The translations under genes and the position numbers were made by a program. A stretch of DNA of 59,175 bases from a virus (Duplodnaviria > Caudoviricetes): positions 1 to 59,175 of the IMG/VR virus record IMGVR_UViG_3300028392_000072; one strand, given 5' to 3'. Below are positions 10,143-20,619 of this stretch, one piece after another. Each line of letters opens with the position of its first letter. Positions within the stretch are counted from its first letter, which is position 1. The notes beneath the pieces were generated by a model. The model was not told where the DNA came from, ran no database searches, and saw only the letters and a program-made list of their open reading frames with translations.

Positions 10143-10787
10143 ATGAAATACTTAAAACTATATGAAAATTTTGGACATGGTATAAGTAGTATACCTGATA
10201 ACTTTATTAGATTAGATAGTATTGGTCATGTTTTAGATCCAGAAGAAGGTGTTATGTATGCTGTTTGGAAAAGAGGCGGATATGATAGTGAGAATCCATA
10301 TGAAATATGTGATAATGAAATAGAAAATTCCCAATATTGTCCGTATTTGGATATTTCTGATGAAGAAAAGAAAATAGTTGATAAGTTCTGGCTGTCTTGT
10401 GAAGATATTAAAAAAGGTGAGATAAACTGGAAATTAATAGAAATGGCTAAAGACCTTTCACTTGATTATTTAGATGAAGGTAATGAATTAAGAATAAATG
10501 TAGTTGTTACAGAAAACATAAATCGTGCTTTTACTTATGAAGATATTTTATTTGATGTTTACCGAGAAGTATTCTCACATAATGATGTTTTTAAAAAATG
10601 GTTTAAATACTTTCCAAGTAAAATGAATGTTATTAAAAATAAATCTTTATCATATAGATTTAATGTAGAACCAAAAAGAGGGTATTCTAAAAATTGGGGT
10701 TTAAAAGCTTGGGAACCTGAAATGACAAGAGAATTATCATCTAAATTGATAGAGATGTTCCCAGATGAAACAATAGTAAACAGATGA
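10143..10787 (+). CDS. N-tagged hypothetical protein (MKYLKLYENF)
   Basis: shared tag; TAATATATA upstream. Confidence 0.75.
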   Translation: MKYLKLYENFGHGISSIPDNFIRLDSIGHVLDPEEGVMYAVWKRGGYDSENPYEICDNEIENSQYCPYLDISDEEKKIVDKFWLSCEDIKKGEINWKLIEMAKDLSLDYLDEGNELRINVVVTENINRAFTYEDILFDVYREVFSHNDVFKKWFKYFPSKMNVIKNKSLSYRFNVEPKRGYSKNWGLKAWEPEMTRELSSKLIEMFPDETIVNR

Positions 10788-11425
10788 GATACTTAAAAAC
10801 ATATAAATTATTTGAATCAATAGATAACAATATAAAACTTAATATTGAAGATATCTTATTAGAATTAGATCTACTTCATATTGAATATGATATATCAGAA
10901 CTTAATTATTATAAAGATGGTATAAATCCTACAGATTGTTTAAGAGTTTATATTAAAGATAATCAAGATAGATTTTTTAGTTTAGAAGATATAATGGATG
11001 TTTTATTAAGAATAAAGGAATATCTAAAAGAAAGTGATTATTCAATTGATATTGGTATACCTAATTCTGATGATTATTTAGATATTGATAATTTTATGAA
11101 AGAGTTTTCAGGTGAAGAATTATATAACATTAATATTTTTATCTATCATAATCCAAGAATATCTGCTTTTAAGAGAAAATACACGGTTGATAAAGATATT
11201 TTTGAGGCTAAAAAAGAAGTTTCAAACTTAAAGTTTACTTTACAACCTAAAAAGAAAGGTGCTAAAACCGACACTTATAATGTTAATAAAGATGGTAATG
11301 TTATTGGACAAATCAAATGGTATTCAAGAATGAGAGGTTATGCCTTCCTACCTACACCGGATTGTAATGATGAAATAAAAGAATTCATTAAAGATTTAAT
11401 GAAGAAAAGAAGAGAAGAGAAATGA
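10784..11425 (+). CDS. N-tagged hypothetical protein (MRYLKTYKLFES)
   Basis: shared tag. Confidence 0.75.
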   Translation: MRYLKTYKLFESIDNNIKLNIEDILLELDLLHIEYDISELNYYKDGINPTDCLRVYIKDNQDRFFSLEDIMDVLLRIKEYLKESDYSIDIGIPNSDDYLDIDNFMKEFSGEELYNINIFIYHNPRISAFKRKYTVDKDIFEAKKEVSNLKFTLQPKKKGAKTDTYNVNKDGNVIGQIKWYSRMRGYAFLPTPDCNDEIKEFIKDLMKKRREEK

Positions 11426-11934
11426 GATACTTAAAAACATATACTAAATTATTTGAATCCAGTATTGATGATCTTGAAAATTATGTTCAAGACCTTCTTC
11501 GTGATTTAGAAGATAATGGTCTTCAAGTTACCATTAGTAGAATTAGAAAAGATGTAGAGATAGAACCAGAGAAATTCTTCAATAAGTCGAGAACTGATAT
11601 CTATTTAGAAGTTTATATTAGTAGACCCTGGGGTTCTGAAAATAGAGAAATACCAGGAGTTGTAAATCCACAAGGTGGTTACCCTGGTAATCTTTTCTTT
11701 TGGTATGAGATAAAAGAAACTATTATTAGACTAACCGAGTGGTATTATTCAGTTTATGGAATGTATGATTCAATAGATAAAGATACAATCTATAGAACAG
11801 ATAAGGATAATTCTCCTTTAAGATTTTTTGCCAGTGGAATAGAGTTTTTAACTGGTTGTAGTAAAGAAGAAGATTTCAATGGAATTGGTGACTATACTTC
11901 TTTTGCAAACTTTAGATTAATGATAAAATTATGA
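11422..11934 (+). CDS. N-tagged hypothetical protein (MRYLKTYTKLFES)
   Basis: shared tag. Confidence 0.75.
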   Translation: MRYLKTYTKLFESSIDDLENYVQDLLRDLEDNGLQVTISRIRKDVEIEPEKFFNKSRTDIYLEVYISRPWGSENREIPGVVNPQGGYPGNLFFWYEIKETIIRLTEWYYSVYGMYDSIDKDTIYRTDKDNSPLRFFASGIEFLTGCSKEEDFNGIGDYTSFANFRLMIKL

Positions 11935-12650
11935 AATATTTAAAAACATACAAAATATTTGAATCAGTTATTACTAAATCTGAATTTCCTACTGAATTGG
12001 ATATTCAAGAGTTATTCTATGATCTGACAGATGATGAACCACTATCTAAATGTAAATTATACGAATCAGGTTATCAATTCTTTACAACCGATAACATGAT
12101 AAAATCTAAATATAAATCCCGATCTATTAGAAGTCAATTATTTTCCGATATGAGTTTTGAAAAAAACTGGATAAATAAAGAATGTGAAGATACTCAAGAT
12201 ACTTGGAAAAATATGTTTATTGATTTATCTAAACCACAATCAGATGATATGATTTTTTTGGCTAGTAAAAACTACAATGATGTTTATTTTTCAGAAGTTG
12301 AGTCATCAAAAAATAGTGCTGGTAAAAGTTATCTTGAAAGATTACAAGAGAATATACTAAATGATATTATTCCTGGATATCCAATCATCTATTTGGACTT
12401 AGGTCAATTTAAACCAGATAAACTCCCAGTAGTTATAGATTGTCTAAGAAGGTTATATGAAGTAACTGGATTTAGACCAACCTCATCTATATGGAGTGAA
12501 GACTATATAGATGAAGATACAGGTGATATTGTTAGTCTTGTAAAAGCTGACTTACAACTTTATAAAGTAAGTGATACTGAATATAAGAACCTTTGTAAGA
12601 TTTTTAAGGTTGGTAATTATACACCTGAAATGGTTAATCATTTTCTATAA
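11931..12650 (+). CDS. N-tagged hypothetical protein (MKYLKTYKIFES)
   Basis: shared tag. Confidence 0.75.
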   Translation: MKYLKTYKIFESVITKSEFPTELDIQELFYDLTDDEPLSKCKLYESGYQFFTTDNMIKSKYKSRSIRSQLFSDMSFEKNWINKECEDTQDTWKNMFIDLSKPQSDDMIFLASKNYNDVYFSEVESSKNSAGKSYLERLQENILNDIIPGYPIIYLDLGQFKPDKLPVVIDCLRRLYEVTGFRPTSSIWSEDYIDEDTGDIVSLVKADLQLYKVSDTEYKNLCKIFKVGNYTPEMVNHFL

Positions 12651-12701
12651 TTATAGTAGAAAAAGTAGAAAAGGGAGAAGTTATATTTTTATATATAACT
12701 T

Positions 12702-13325
12702 ATGAAAACATGTTCAAAATGTGAAATTAAAAAAGATCTATCTGATTTCTATAAAAAGAAATCTTCTAAAGATGGACATAGAAGCGAGTGCAAGGAATGT
12801 GATTATCATTACTCAAAAGTATATAAAGAAAAGTATTATAATAAAAATAAAGATATATTAAAAAGTAATTTAGATAAGGATAAATTCAAATTATATATGG
12901 ATGATTATAGAAAATCAAATAAAGAATCTATAAGAGAAACAAGTAAAATATATCGAGAAAATAATAAAGAGAATTTAAATTATTTAAGAAAGGAGTATCG
13001 TAAGAATAAATTTTTATGTGATCCAATATACAAACTTCAACATAATATAAGATCCAATATATCAAATTCATTTAAAGGATATAGTAAAAATTCAAAAACA
13101 CAAGAAATACTAGGTTGTGAATTTAGTGTGTTCAAAAAATATATTGAAGACCAGTTCAGAGATGGTATGTCATGGGAAAATATTGGTGAGTGGCATCTAG
13201 ATCATAAGATTCCGATTTCTTGGGCTGAAACAGAAGAGAAAGTATATGAATTAAATCACTATACAAATTTTCAACCTTTATGGGCAAAAGATAATCTAAT
13301 AAAAGGAAACAAATGGTCTGATTAA
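12702..13325 (+). CDS. HNH-type homing endonuclease with N-terminal Zn finger
   Basis: CSKC...CKEC; GMSWEN, WHLDHKIP, HYTNFQPLWAKDNLIK. Confidence 0.8.
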   Translation: MKTCSKCEIKKDLSDFYKKKSSKDGHRSECKECDYHYSKVYKEKYYNKNKDILKSNLDKDKFKLYMDDYRKSNKESIRETSKIYRENNKENLNYLRKEYRKNKFLCDPIYKLQHNIRSNISNSFKGYSKNSKTQEILGCEFSVFKKYIEDQFRDGMSWENIGEWHLDHKIPISWAETEEKVYELNHYTNFQPLWAKDNLIKGNKWSD

Positions 13326-13338
13326 AATATAATATAAT

Positions 13339-13488
13339 ATGAAAGTTAAAAGTAAAAGAAAAATCAAAATCTATTTTTCGATGGATCCAGATTTATATGA
13401 GTCTTTTGAAAAACACATAGATGAAAATCTATTGGATAAATCAAAGGTAATTGAGAAGTTAATTGATGAATATATGAAAAACAAATAA
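13339..13488 (+). CDS. small ribbon-helix-helix-like protein (49 aa, not in ORF track)
   Basis: MKVKSKRKIKIYFSMDPDLYESFEKHIDENLLDKSKVIEKLIDEYMKNK: strand-helix-helix pattern. Confidence 0.6.
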   Translation: MKVKSKRKIKIYFSMDPDLYESFEKHIDENLLDKSKVIEKLIDEYMKNK

Positions 13489-13565
13489 ACTTTTTAAAAC
13501 ATTAGAATATAAATAATAATTGGATACAATAAAGTATCTAATATAAACAAAAATAAAAAGCAATT

Positions 13566-14540
13566 ATGGCAACAAATGATTTTGACGATTTATTTAATGG
13601 TAGTCTTGATACAAAGATGGACTTCTTAAATGAACAAAAAGCAACAAACAATGACGGTATTTACCGTGTAGATCTTTCTAAAGTGAAAGACAAAAAACGT
13701 GGGTGGAGATCTGTGGTAAGATTTTTACCTAATTTAACCAAAGATGGTAAGGTAGGTCAATCCGCGATCGAAAAAGTGACCCATTACGTGGATATTAAAC
13801 AACCAAGAGAATTATCAGGTTGGTTTGATTCACCAAAGAACTTCAATGAGAAGTGTCCTTTGACTGACTTATACTACACAATGCAGAATTCAAAAAATGC
13901 AATTTTGATTGAAAAATCAAAACAATTAAAATACTCTAAGAAGTATTATTCTTATGTATTAGTTATTGAAGATGAGCAACAACCAGAATTGGTTGGTAAA
14001 ATCCTTATCATGCAATATGGTAAAACAATTAAAGATAAAATTCAAGCTGAAAGAAACGGAGAAATCTCTGGAGTAGGTTGTAATGTTTTCTCTTTAGATT
14101 CAGGTAAAGATTTCGTTTTAGTAGTAAAAGAAATCCAAACTGGTGATGAAACTTATCCTGATTACAAGATGAGTATGTTTAAACCAGAAGCAACATCTCT
14201 TCCGATTTATTTCAAAGAGAAAGGAGCATTCAAAAATGCACCGTTAGTAGAAGGTAAAATTGATGCATCTGTTCAAGGTAAAGTAAAAGAATTTTTAATG
14301 GATCGTGAACACGATTTAGAAGAGTTCTCACCTAAGAAATTAACAGAAGAACAACAATCTAAGATTACTGAAATTTCAAATTTCTTAACTGGTAAATCTT
14401 CTTCTTCTTTCTCAGGAGCTAAGGCTGAAGCAAAACCATCATCTGATGATTTTGATTTTGATGATAACTTCGCAGAGAAAACTACAGCTAAAGCTAAATC
14501 AGCAGCTGAAGATGAAGACGACTTTTTTGCAGACATCTAA
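13566..14540 (+). CDS. T4 gp32-like single-stranded DNA-binding protein
   Basis: VVRFLP, KCP, YYSYVLVIED-PELVGK, YGKTIKDKI, GKDF, PDY; acidic C-terminal tail. Confidence 0.85.
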   Translation: MATNDFDDLFNGSLDTKMDFLNEQKATNNDGIYRVDLSKVKDKKRGWRSVVRFLPNLTKDGKVGQSAIEKVTHYVDIKQPRELSGWFDSPKNFNEKCPLTDLYYTMQNSKNAILIEKSKQLKYSKKYYSYVLVIEDEQQPELVGKILIMQYGKTIKDKIQAERNGEISGVGCNVFSLDSGKDFVLVVKEIQTGDETYPDYKMSMFKPEATSLPIYFKEKGAFKNAPLVEGKIDASVQGKVKEFLMDREHDLEEFSPKKLTEEQQSKITEISNFLTGKSSSSFSGAKAEAKPSSDDFDFDDNFAEKTTAKAKSAAEDEDDFFADI

Positions 14541-14553
14541 TATCTAATTATAA

Positions 14554-14595
14554 GAAAGGGATTGTCTTCAATATATAAGACAATCCCTTTTTTTT
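14554..14595 (+). terminator. terminator after SSB with AATATATA in the loop
   Basis: AAAGGGATTGTCTT-caatatat-AAGACAATCCCTTTTTTTT. Confidence 0.8.
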
Positions 14596-14617
14596 AATTA
14601 AAAAAACTTATAATAAT

Positions 14618-15562
14618 ATGGACTTATCAAATAAATCATTTAAGGATAATCAAACTGGTGAAATAGTAAAGGTCATTGGATCTTTTGAAAACATTGCCAT
14701 TCTTGAAAATAAACAAAAAATTGATGTTAAAAGATTAATGGATGTAAATTTCTACACAGAACAAATAGATCCAAGTAATTTTTTCAACAATCAAGGTGCT
14801 TATAACAATCTAGCAGAAAAGATTAAAAGTATACCATCTGATAAAATCAGAGATGATGTATCAGGTGAGGTATCTATTAATATAGATGGTAGTAGTATAA
14901 ACAATACATTCAAACCCGCAATGAATGAACCTGTAACATTTATGACATCTGAAGAAGATGAAAGAGCTGAATTGGCTAGAAAATACGGAGTTAATACACC
15001 ACAAAATGATGTTGCTAAACAAAATGAGGCTTTTGCTAAAATTTTAGCAGATGATGAAGAATTACCTAAATCAGTTCAATCCCCAAGAGAAGAAGTTCAA
15101 AGAGTTGAGGTTAGAAGAGATGAACCACAGTATATTCAACCTAAAGTTGAAGATCCTATTATTACAATGTTTAAGAATGTTAAAAGAGTTAAAGAATTTT
15201 CTATATCTCTTGAGATTAAGAATAAAATTCCTAGACCTGACTTTATTGAAATGATGGAAGATTCTTATAATACAAGTATTATTGATTTCTTAGCATCTGA
15301 GTTTACAGACAACTTACTTAAAAATCCTCAAATCATAGAAGATATGATTAAACAAAAGATTAAAGAGTTAGTTTATGGAGCCGAAGTTAAGACTAAAATA
15401 AATGATCAAATAACAGATGCTGTTACTCAACTACATAATGAAAAAGTTGAAAAACATGAACCACTTTCTTTTGAGAAAGATCCGGTTTTAACAAAAGACC
15501 TTGAGACTCCAAAGAAAACAACTACTAAAAAGTCTAGAACTAAAAAAGAAATTACAGGATAA
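14618..15562 (+). CDS. hypothetical protein
   Basis: 314-aa ORF. Confidence 0.7.
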   Translation: MDLSNKSFKDNQTGEIVKVIGSFENIAILENKQKIDVKRLMDVNFYTEQIDPSNFFNNQGAYNNLAEKIKSIPSDKIRDDVSGEVSINIDGSSINNTFKPAMNEPVTFMTSEEDERAELARKYGVNTPQNDVAKQNEAFAKILADDEELPKSVQSPREEVQRVEVRRDEPQYIQPKVEDPIITMFKNVKRVKEFSISLEIKNKIPRPDFIEMMEDSYNTSIIDFLASEFTDNLLKNPQIIEDMIKQKIKELVYGAEVKTKINDQITDAVTQLHNEKVEKHEPLSFEKDPVLTKDLETPKKTTTKKSRTKKEITG

Positions 15563-15951
15563 TGATATCACAAATTTTCATAGAAAGAGCTATAGGCATT
15601 AGAAAAGAATATCTTTCTCTTAATAAAGACGCAAATAACTATCAAAAGTTAATTGAAAGTCTAAAAAATAAAGTTGAAGATACAATTGGTGGCTTAGAAG
15701 ATCTTATTAAAAACATTGATAATCTAACCGAAGATGAGTCAAAACAACAATCATTAAAATTTATTTTTGATTTAGAAGAAGAAACTCAAAAGATTCAAAA
15801 AATGGTAGATCCAATTAATGAAAAAATACAACAATTGGTTAAAGAAGAACAATCTTTATATGACCAAATAAAGTTAAATTACATTGAATTAAGTAATGAA
15901 GAAATTCTAACAATAATTCAAAATGAGTTGAAAAAAAGAAACCTTTCATAA
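15562..15951 (+). CDS. coiled-coil hypothetical protein
   Basis: 129-aa helical ORF followed by hairpin 15939-15965. Confidence 0.7.
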   Translation: MISQIFIERAIGIRKEYLSLNKDANNYQKLIESLKNKVEDTIGGLEDLIKNIDNLTEDESKQQSLKFIFDLEEETQKIQKMVDPINEKIQQLVKEEQSLYDQIKLNYIELSNEEILTIIQNELKKRNLS

Positions 15952-15999
15952 TAGAAAGGTTTTTCTTTTTTATATATACTACAAAAGGAATACACTTTA

Positions 16000-17811
16000 A
16001 TGAAAATTTCAAAATTTGCAAAAGTAGATAGGGATGTTCTATTAGAATATGTTTATAATGACGGTAATTTATTAAGCGAGAAATATAAAATTCTATCTAA
16101 TGTAAAAGATAATATATCTTCTTTTCTATCAGGAGATGCAAGTGCAACAGGAAATATTAAAACAAATCAATTATTTAAGATTGATGCTGTTACTAATAAA
16201 TTTGGAAAGGCAGATACATCATACTATTCATTCTTAAAAGACGCTGATTATTCAGCAGGTATTCCAGTTAGATATGATACTATAAAGTTACACCTACCTA
16301 TTAATTATACATTTGGTGAACACATAGGTGCTTACATTAAAGTTTATACCTATGGTTATGATAATAAAACATTATTTGAACTTTCAAATTTTTATTTTGA
16401 CATATCAGATGTTAATCAATCTTACTTATTAAACTATACATCTCCTCCACTTTTCTTCCAAGAAAAACTATGGGGTAAAAACTTAACTATTGAAATACCA
16501 GCAGTTAATCAAGTTTCTAATCAAAGAGTTAATGGAGTTGTAAAAAATAATAGCATAAACTCTAATTTAACTGGTGGTATAGGTTTAAGTCTAACTTCTC
16601 CTATATTTATAGACTTTTACTTTATTAATAAGGCACAAACATTAAATAGTGTTAAAACTTATTTAATGTCTAGTAAGGTTACTGTTACTGTTCCACAAAC
16701 ACCAGAATTTGAACAATTAGGATTAAGAATAGACCATTCTGTTGATGGCGATTTCTTTGAGATATACGGAACATATAATGACACAATTGCTGAATTAAAA
16801 CTGTTCTTAGACAATTCGGTATCTCTTGGTAATAGATATTATATTGAATATACAATTACTTTATATGAGCAAAATATTAAAGGCAAGTCAATGAAAGTTT
16901 TAGTAAGTGATGACTTTAATGAAAAAATTGAATATAGACCTATTATAAAGTATTCAACAACTACAGCTATAATAGATGTTGAAATGCGTTTAATAGACGC
17001 TGTGGATGACTCCTATATAGTTAGAATGGCTTCTTATGGTATGTTACAAGATGAAGTATCAAAGTATAGTCTAAATCTTTCTAAAATTAATTTAAGAAAT
17101 GCTAATAAACCTAAAATCTATAATACTAGATCTGGATCTGGATTTGGAGATGCTAATTTAGGACTTGGAATGGGTAATGGAAATAATATAAATGTTTCTA
17201 CAATTAAAGTTCCTTTTCCAGTTATGATAGATAGATCATTTATTATTGGTAAATCAGATAATGTAGTTTTTCAAAAAAATAAATATTATGGAATAGGTAA
17301 ATTATTAATTAATGTATTTCCATTTGATAATATAATTAATTTTGTAATTGCTATTGACTTCACCGGAACTTCAGACACAACATCTCAAATTAAATATTTA
17401 GATATGAGTGGAATGAATGATATTAAGATGGAATTTAAAAATCCAGCGATTGATGTAAATGTTCCAATTTATAGAGATGCTGAAAACAATTTAGAACTTG
17501 GACAAGTTGTATTCAAAATACCTAAAAATAAAATACCTGATATTAGAAAAATCTATGAAAGTGGAATTAATGTATTTTACATCACAACAACAACTGATGA
17601 TGTAACAACTGTTATTTATACTGGATTATATAAAATGTATGATTCTGCTGGTAATGTTAATGATTTAAATCAAAATATACCAACAATATCAACAATATCT
17701 AGTAATCCAAGAATTATAGATGATCCAAATACTAAGAAAGAAACTGCAATTGTAACTAGAAAAAAAGTATTAAATTCAAATATATCTAATTCAATTAAAA
17801 AAGGTGGTTAA
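16000..17811 (+). CDS. putative virion structural protein
   Basis: beta-rich 603-aa ORF after a late-type motif, next to a tail-tube-like gene. Confidence 0.5.
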   Translation: MKISKFAKVDRDVLLEYVYNDGNLLSEKYKILSNVKDNISSFLSGDASATGNIKTNQLFKIDAVTNKFGKADTSYYSFLKDADYSAGIPVRYDTIKLHLPINYTFGEHIGAYIKVYTYGYDNKTLFELSNFYFDISDVNQSYLLNYTSPPLFFQEKLWGKNLTIEIPAVNQVSNQRVNGVVKNNSINSNLTGGIGLSLTSPIFIDFYFINKAQTLNSVKTYLMSSKVTVTVPQTPEFEQLGLRIDHSVDGDFFEIYGTYNDTIAELKLFLDNSVSLGNRYYIEYTITLYEQNIKGKSMKVLVSDDFNEKIEYRPIIKYSTTTAIIDVEMRLIDAVDDSYIVRMASYGMLQDEVSKYSLNLSKINLRNANKPKIYNTRSGSGFGDANLGLGMGNGNNINVSTIKVPFPVMIDRSFIIGKSDNVVFQKNKYYGIGKLLINVFPFDNIINFVIAIDFTGTSDTTSQIKYLDMSGMNDIKMEFKNPAIDVNVPIYRDAENNLELGQVVFKIPKNKIPDIRKIYESGINVFYITTTTDDVTTVIYTGLYKMYDSAGNVNDLNQNIPTISTISSNPRIIDDPNTKKETAIVTRKKVLNSNISNSIKKGG

Positions 17812-17826
17812 AAAATAAAAAATTAA

Positions 17827-18426
17827 ATGAGATTAAGTAGTCAAAACTCCCAATTCGTATTTAACTTACCATCTGATTTTCTACCAGGTGAGATTATACC
17901 ACAATATGCTCCTATTTTAGAAAAGAATCATATTCAATATGAAAATATTATTGATTATCTTAACTCTACTATAAAGGCGGTCAACTTTCCAGGAATTGGA
18001 TTTGAAGCAGTTAAACAAATTTATCCAAGAGGTAAAGAGAAATACTATAAACCAGCAAAGAATGTTCAAGATATTATTACAACAAGAGAACTAACTGTTA
18101 CATTTAGATCTGTTGATTCTGACTTAAATTACTGGTTGATGTTTGATATTGTTACAAAACACTACTTAGATGTTGAAGAACTTTATGTTCATCCATTTTC
18201 TATAACTTGTGTTGATATACATAGAGATGGTATCTATAGACTTAATTTTAAGCAATTAATAATTAAGGCTTTATCAGATAATACATTTAACTATTCATCA
18301 ATGAGAGTAAATGCTAAGGAATTTACAATGACATTTATGTTTAATTTTTATGATATTGAATTCTTATTGGATAATAGAAAGGTATTAGAACTAGGTTCTC
18401 TACCTACAATTATTCAGAAGATTTAA
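17827..18426 (+). CDS. putative tail tube / tube-terminator fold protein (T4 gp19/gp3-like)
   Basis: VNFPGI, ELTVTFRSVDSDLNY, FTMTF patterns. Confidence 0.5.
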   Translation: MRLSSQNSQFVFNLPSDFLPGEIIPQYAPILEKNHIQYENIIDYLNSTIKAVNFPGIGFEAVKQIYPRGKEKYYKPAKNVQDIITTRELTVTFRSVDSDLNYWLMFDIVTKHYLDVEELYVHPFSITCVDIHRDGIYRLNFKQLIIKALSDNTFNYSSMRVNAKEFTMTFMFNFYDIEFLLDNRKVLELGSLPTIIQKI

Positions 18427-18613
18427 ATATCTTATTAATAGAGTTCATTCTTCTTTTATTTCTAGAATAAATACCCATACTTTTTAGAATCTCTTTATCT
18501 ATACTCTTAGCTAATTCCTCAGATAAAATTTTACTTAATTCATCAGCAGCATCAATTCCGTAATGTTTACTCAGTTCGTCTGCTTCTGGGTTTGAGTAAA
18601 TTTCACTTTTCAT
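18410..18613 (-). CDS. small protein resembling a T4 gp23 major capsid segment
   Basis: HYGIDAADELSKILSEELAKSIDKEIL vs gp23-type HGMDADAELSGILATEIMLEINREV (from memory). Confidence 0.55.
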   Translation of the reverse strand: MKSEIYSNPEADELSKHYGIDAADELSKILSEELAKSIDKEILKSMGIYSRNKRRMNSINKIFKSSE

Positions 18614-19706
18614 TTGACAGTTCTTTCTTTGCTTTAGTAAGGGCAGATCCAATTATCTGATGCATGTCATAATATTTATATTCTGATAATCTACCACCAA
18701 ATATAACATTTAATCCTTTAGATAGTTCTTTATACTTATTATACACAGTATTATTCTTTTCATCATTTATTGGATAATAAGGAGTTTCTCCTTTTTTATA
18801 ATCTAAAGGATATTCTTTTGTAATCCAAGTAACATCCGATTTAGAACCTTCAAAATGTTTATGCTCTGTTATTCTAGTATAAGGAATTTCATAATCTGTG
18901 TAATTAACAATTGAACAACCTTGATAATCTTCTACATCAATCTTTTGATTGACAAATTTTAAGGATCTATATTCTAATTCACCAAATTGATAATCAAAGA
19001 ATTCATCTATTTTACCTGTAAATACTATTTTATCAGCAAGTGAATTATAATACTCTTTATCAAAAAAATAATCTACACCTGTTCTAACTTCTATACCTTC
19101 TAACATTTTTTCAAATATTTGAGTATATCCACCAACTGGTATTCCTTGGTACTTATCAAAGAAGTAATTATCATCAAAACTAGTTCTAATAGGAAGTCTT
19201 TTTATTATAGATGTTGGTAAATCTTTAGGATCTTTATTCCATTGTTTCTGAGTATATCCTTTAATAAATATTTTATAAATATCTTCACCTACTTGAGATA
19301 AAATCCATTCTTCTAAATTTTGAGGATTATCATTTGGAATAGAAACTTCTTTTAGTTTATCTTGAGCTTCTTTTGGTGTTTTAACTCCCCATAATTGTTG
19401 TAATGTCATTAAATTAATTGGGAAAGAATATATATTACTATTATAAGAAACCTTAGGAGAGTGTTTATAATTATGAAATTCAGTAAATTGATTTATCCAT
19501 TCCCAAATTCCTTTATCATTAGTATGAAAAATATGAGGACCATATGTGTGTATATTTATACCATTTAAATTTTCAGTATAACAATTTCCACCTATGTGAT
19601 TTTTACTTTCAATTATAAGACATTTTTTACCAGCCTTTGTCATCTCATGTGCAAAAACTGATCCAAAAAGACCGGAACCAACTATTAGATAATCATATTT
19701 TACCAT
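18603..19706 (-). CDS. glf: UDP-galactopyranose mutase
   Basis: GSGLFG, HIGGNCY, YGPHIFHT, RITEHKHF, PYYP, GRLSEYKYYDM. Confidence 0.95.
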   Translation of the reverse strand: MVKYDYLIVGSGLFGSVFAHEMTKAGKKCLIIESKNHIGGNCYTENLNGINIHTYGPHIFHTNDKGIWEWINQFTEFHNYKHSPKVSYNSNIYSFPINLMTLQQLWGVKTPKEAQDKLKEVSIPNDNPQNLEEWILSQVGEDIYKIFIKGYTQKQWNKDPKDLPTSIIKRLPIRTSFDDNYFFDKYQGIPVGGYTQIFEKMLEGIEVRTGVDYFFDKEYYNSLADKIVFTGKIDEFFDYQFGELEYRSLKFVNQKIDVEDYQGCSIVNYTDYEIPYTRITEHKHFEGSKSDVTWITKEYPLDYKKGETPYYPINDEKNNTVYNKYKELSKGLNVIFGGRLSEYKYYDMHQIIGSALTKAKKELSNEK

Positions 19707-20619
19707 TATTTATCTTTTCCTTTACTTCTTTATCAAATTTTGATTCTAGTATCTCCCATTTACTACCAACCTCTATTTCTTCTTTCCACCCATTATGCCA
19801 GTGCCAAGAAAAAACACCATCATATAAATTATTATTAGTAATTTCTGTTTTCTTAAATGGGTAAGTTATGAATTTGATAAGTTCTTCATTTTTAGGATCT
19901 TTTTTCTCTTCGGGTGATAAATATATTTGCCACTCTGTATTAAAAAAAGCACAAGGAAATACTGTCCAGTTTTTATTAAACTCACGAACCCTTTGATATA
20001 AATCAGTAGACCAAGCAGTTGTACCTGGCCTAGGTGGATTAAGTGACATTTGTGTTAACAAGTCTAAACCTAACTGACTACCTTTAAACATTCTCATAAC
20101 CGCACCATTAATCATTTCTTTTTGAAATGACCATTTATACATAAACTCTTGATTCAATAATGGAGAAAAGTCTCTTAGAAAAGCAACATCAAAATCAACA
20201 TAAAGGCCACCATAGTTATATAAAACTAATATTCTAAATAAATCACCAGCTGCCCAGTTATTACTATCATTAGCTTTCAATAAATTAAACTTATTCTCTA
20301 ATGGTGTATTTTTAGATTCTTCTATAGGATTCCAAATTTTAATATTTATATATGGTAGATAAGGCTTTATATAATCATTATCAGATAAATCTATATTAGA
20401 CCAAACATTCAATGTTGAATTACTTAGATTCTGTGTACATAAATAAGATTTAATTGGTAATAATTGTTTTCTTTCAAAAGGCAAACCAACATTCCAAAAG
20501 ATATGATACTCTGTTTTATCTTTATAAACTATATTATCTGGAATAGATTTACAAAATTCAACACATTTATCAACATCATAATATAAATCATGATTATTTT
20601 CCTCGTTAATATCTAACAT
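19693..20619 (-). CDS. glycosyltransferase, GT32-like (DxD)
   Basis: DLFRILVLYNYGGLYVDFD. Confidence 0.8.
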   Translation of the reverse strand: MLDINEENNHDLYYDVDKCVEFCKSIPDNIVYKDKTEYHIFWNVGLPFERKQLLPIKSYLCTQNLSNSTLNVWSNIDLSDNDYIKPYLPYINIKIWNPIEESKNTPLENKFNLLKANDSNNWAAGDLFRILVLYNYGGLYVDFDVAFLRDFSPLLNQEFMYKWSFQKEMINGAVMRMFKGSQLGLDLLTQMSLNPPRPGTTAWSTDLYQRVREFNKNWTVFPCAFFNTEWQIYLSPEEKKDPKNEELIKFITYPFKKTEITNNNLYDGVFSWHWHNGWKEEIEVGSKWEILESKFDKEVKEKINNGKI

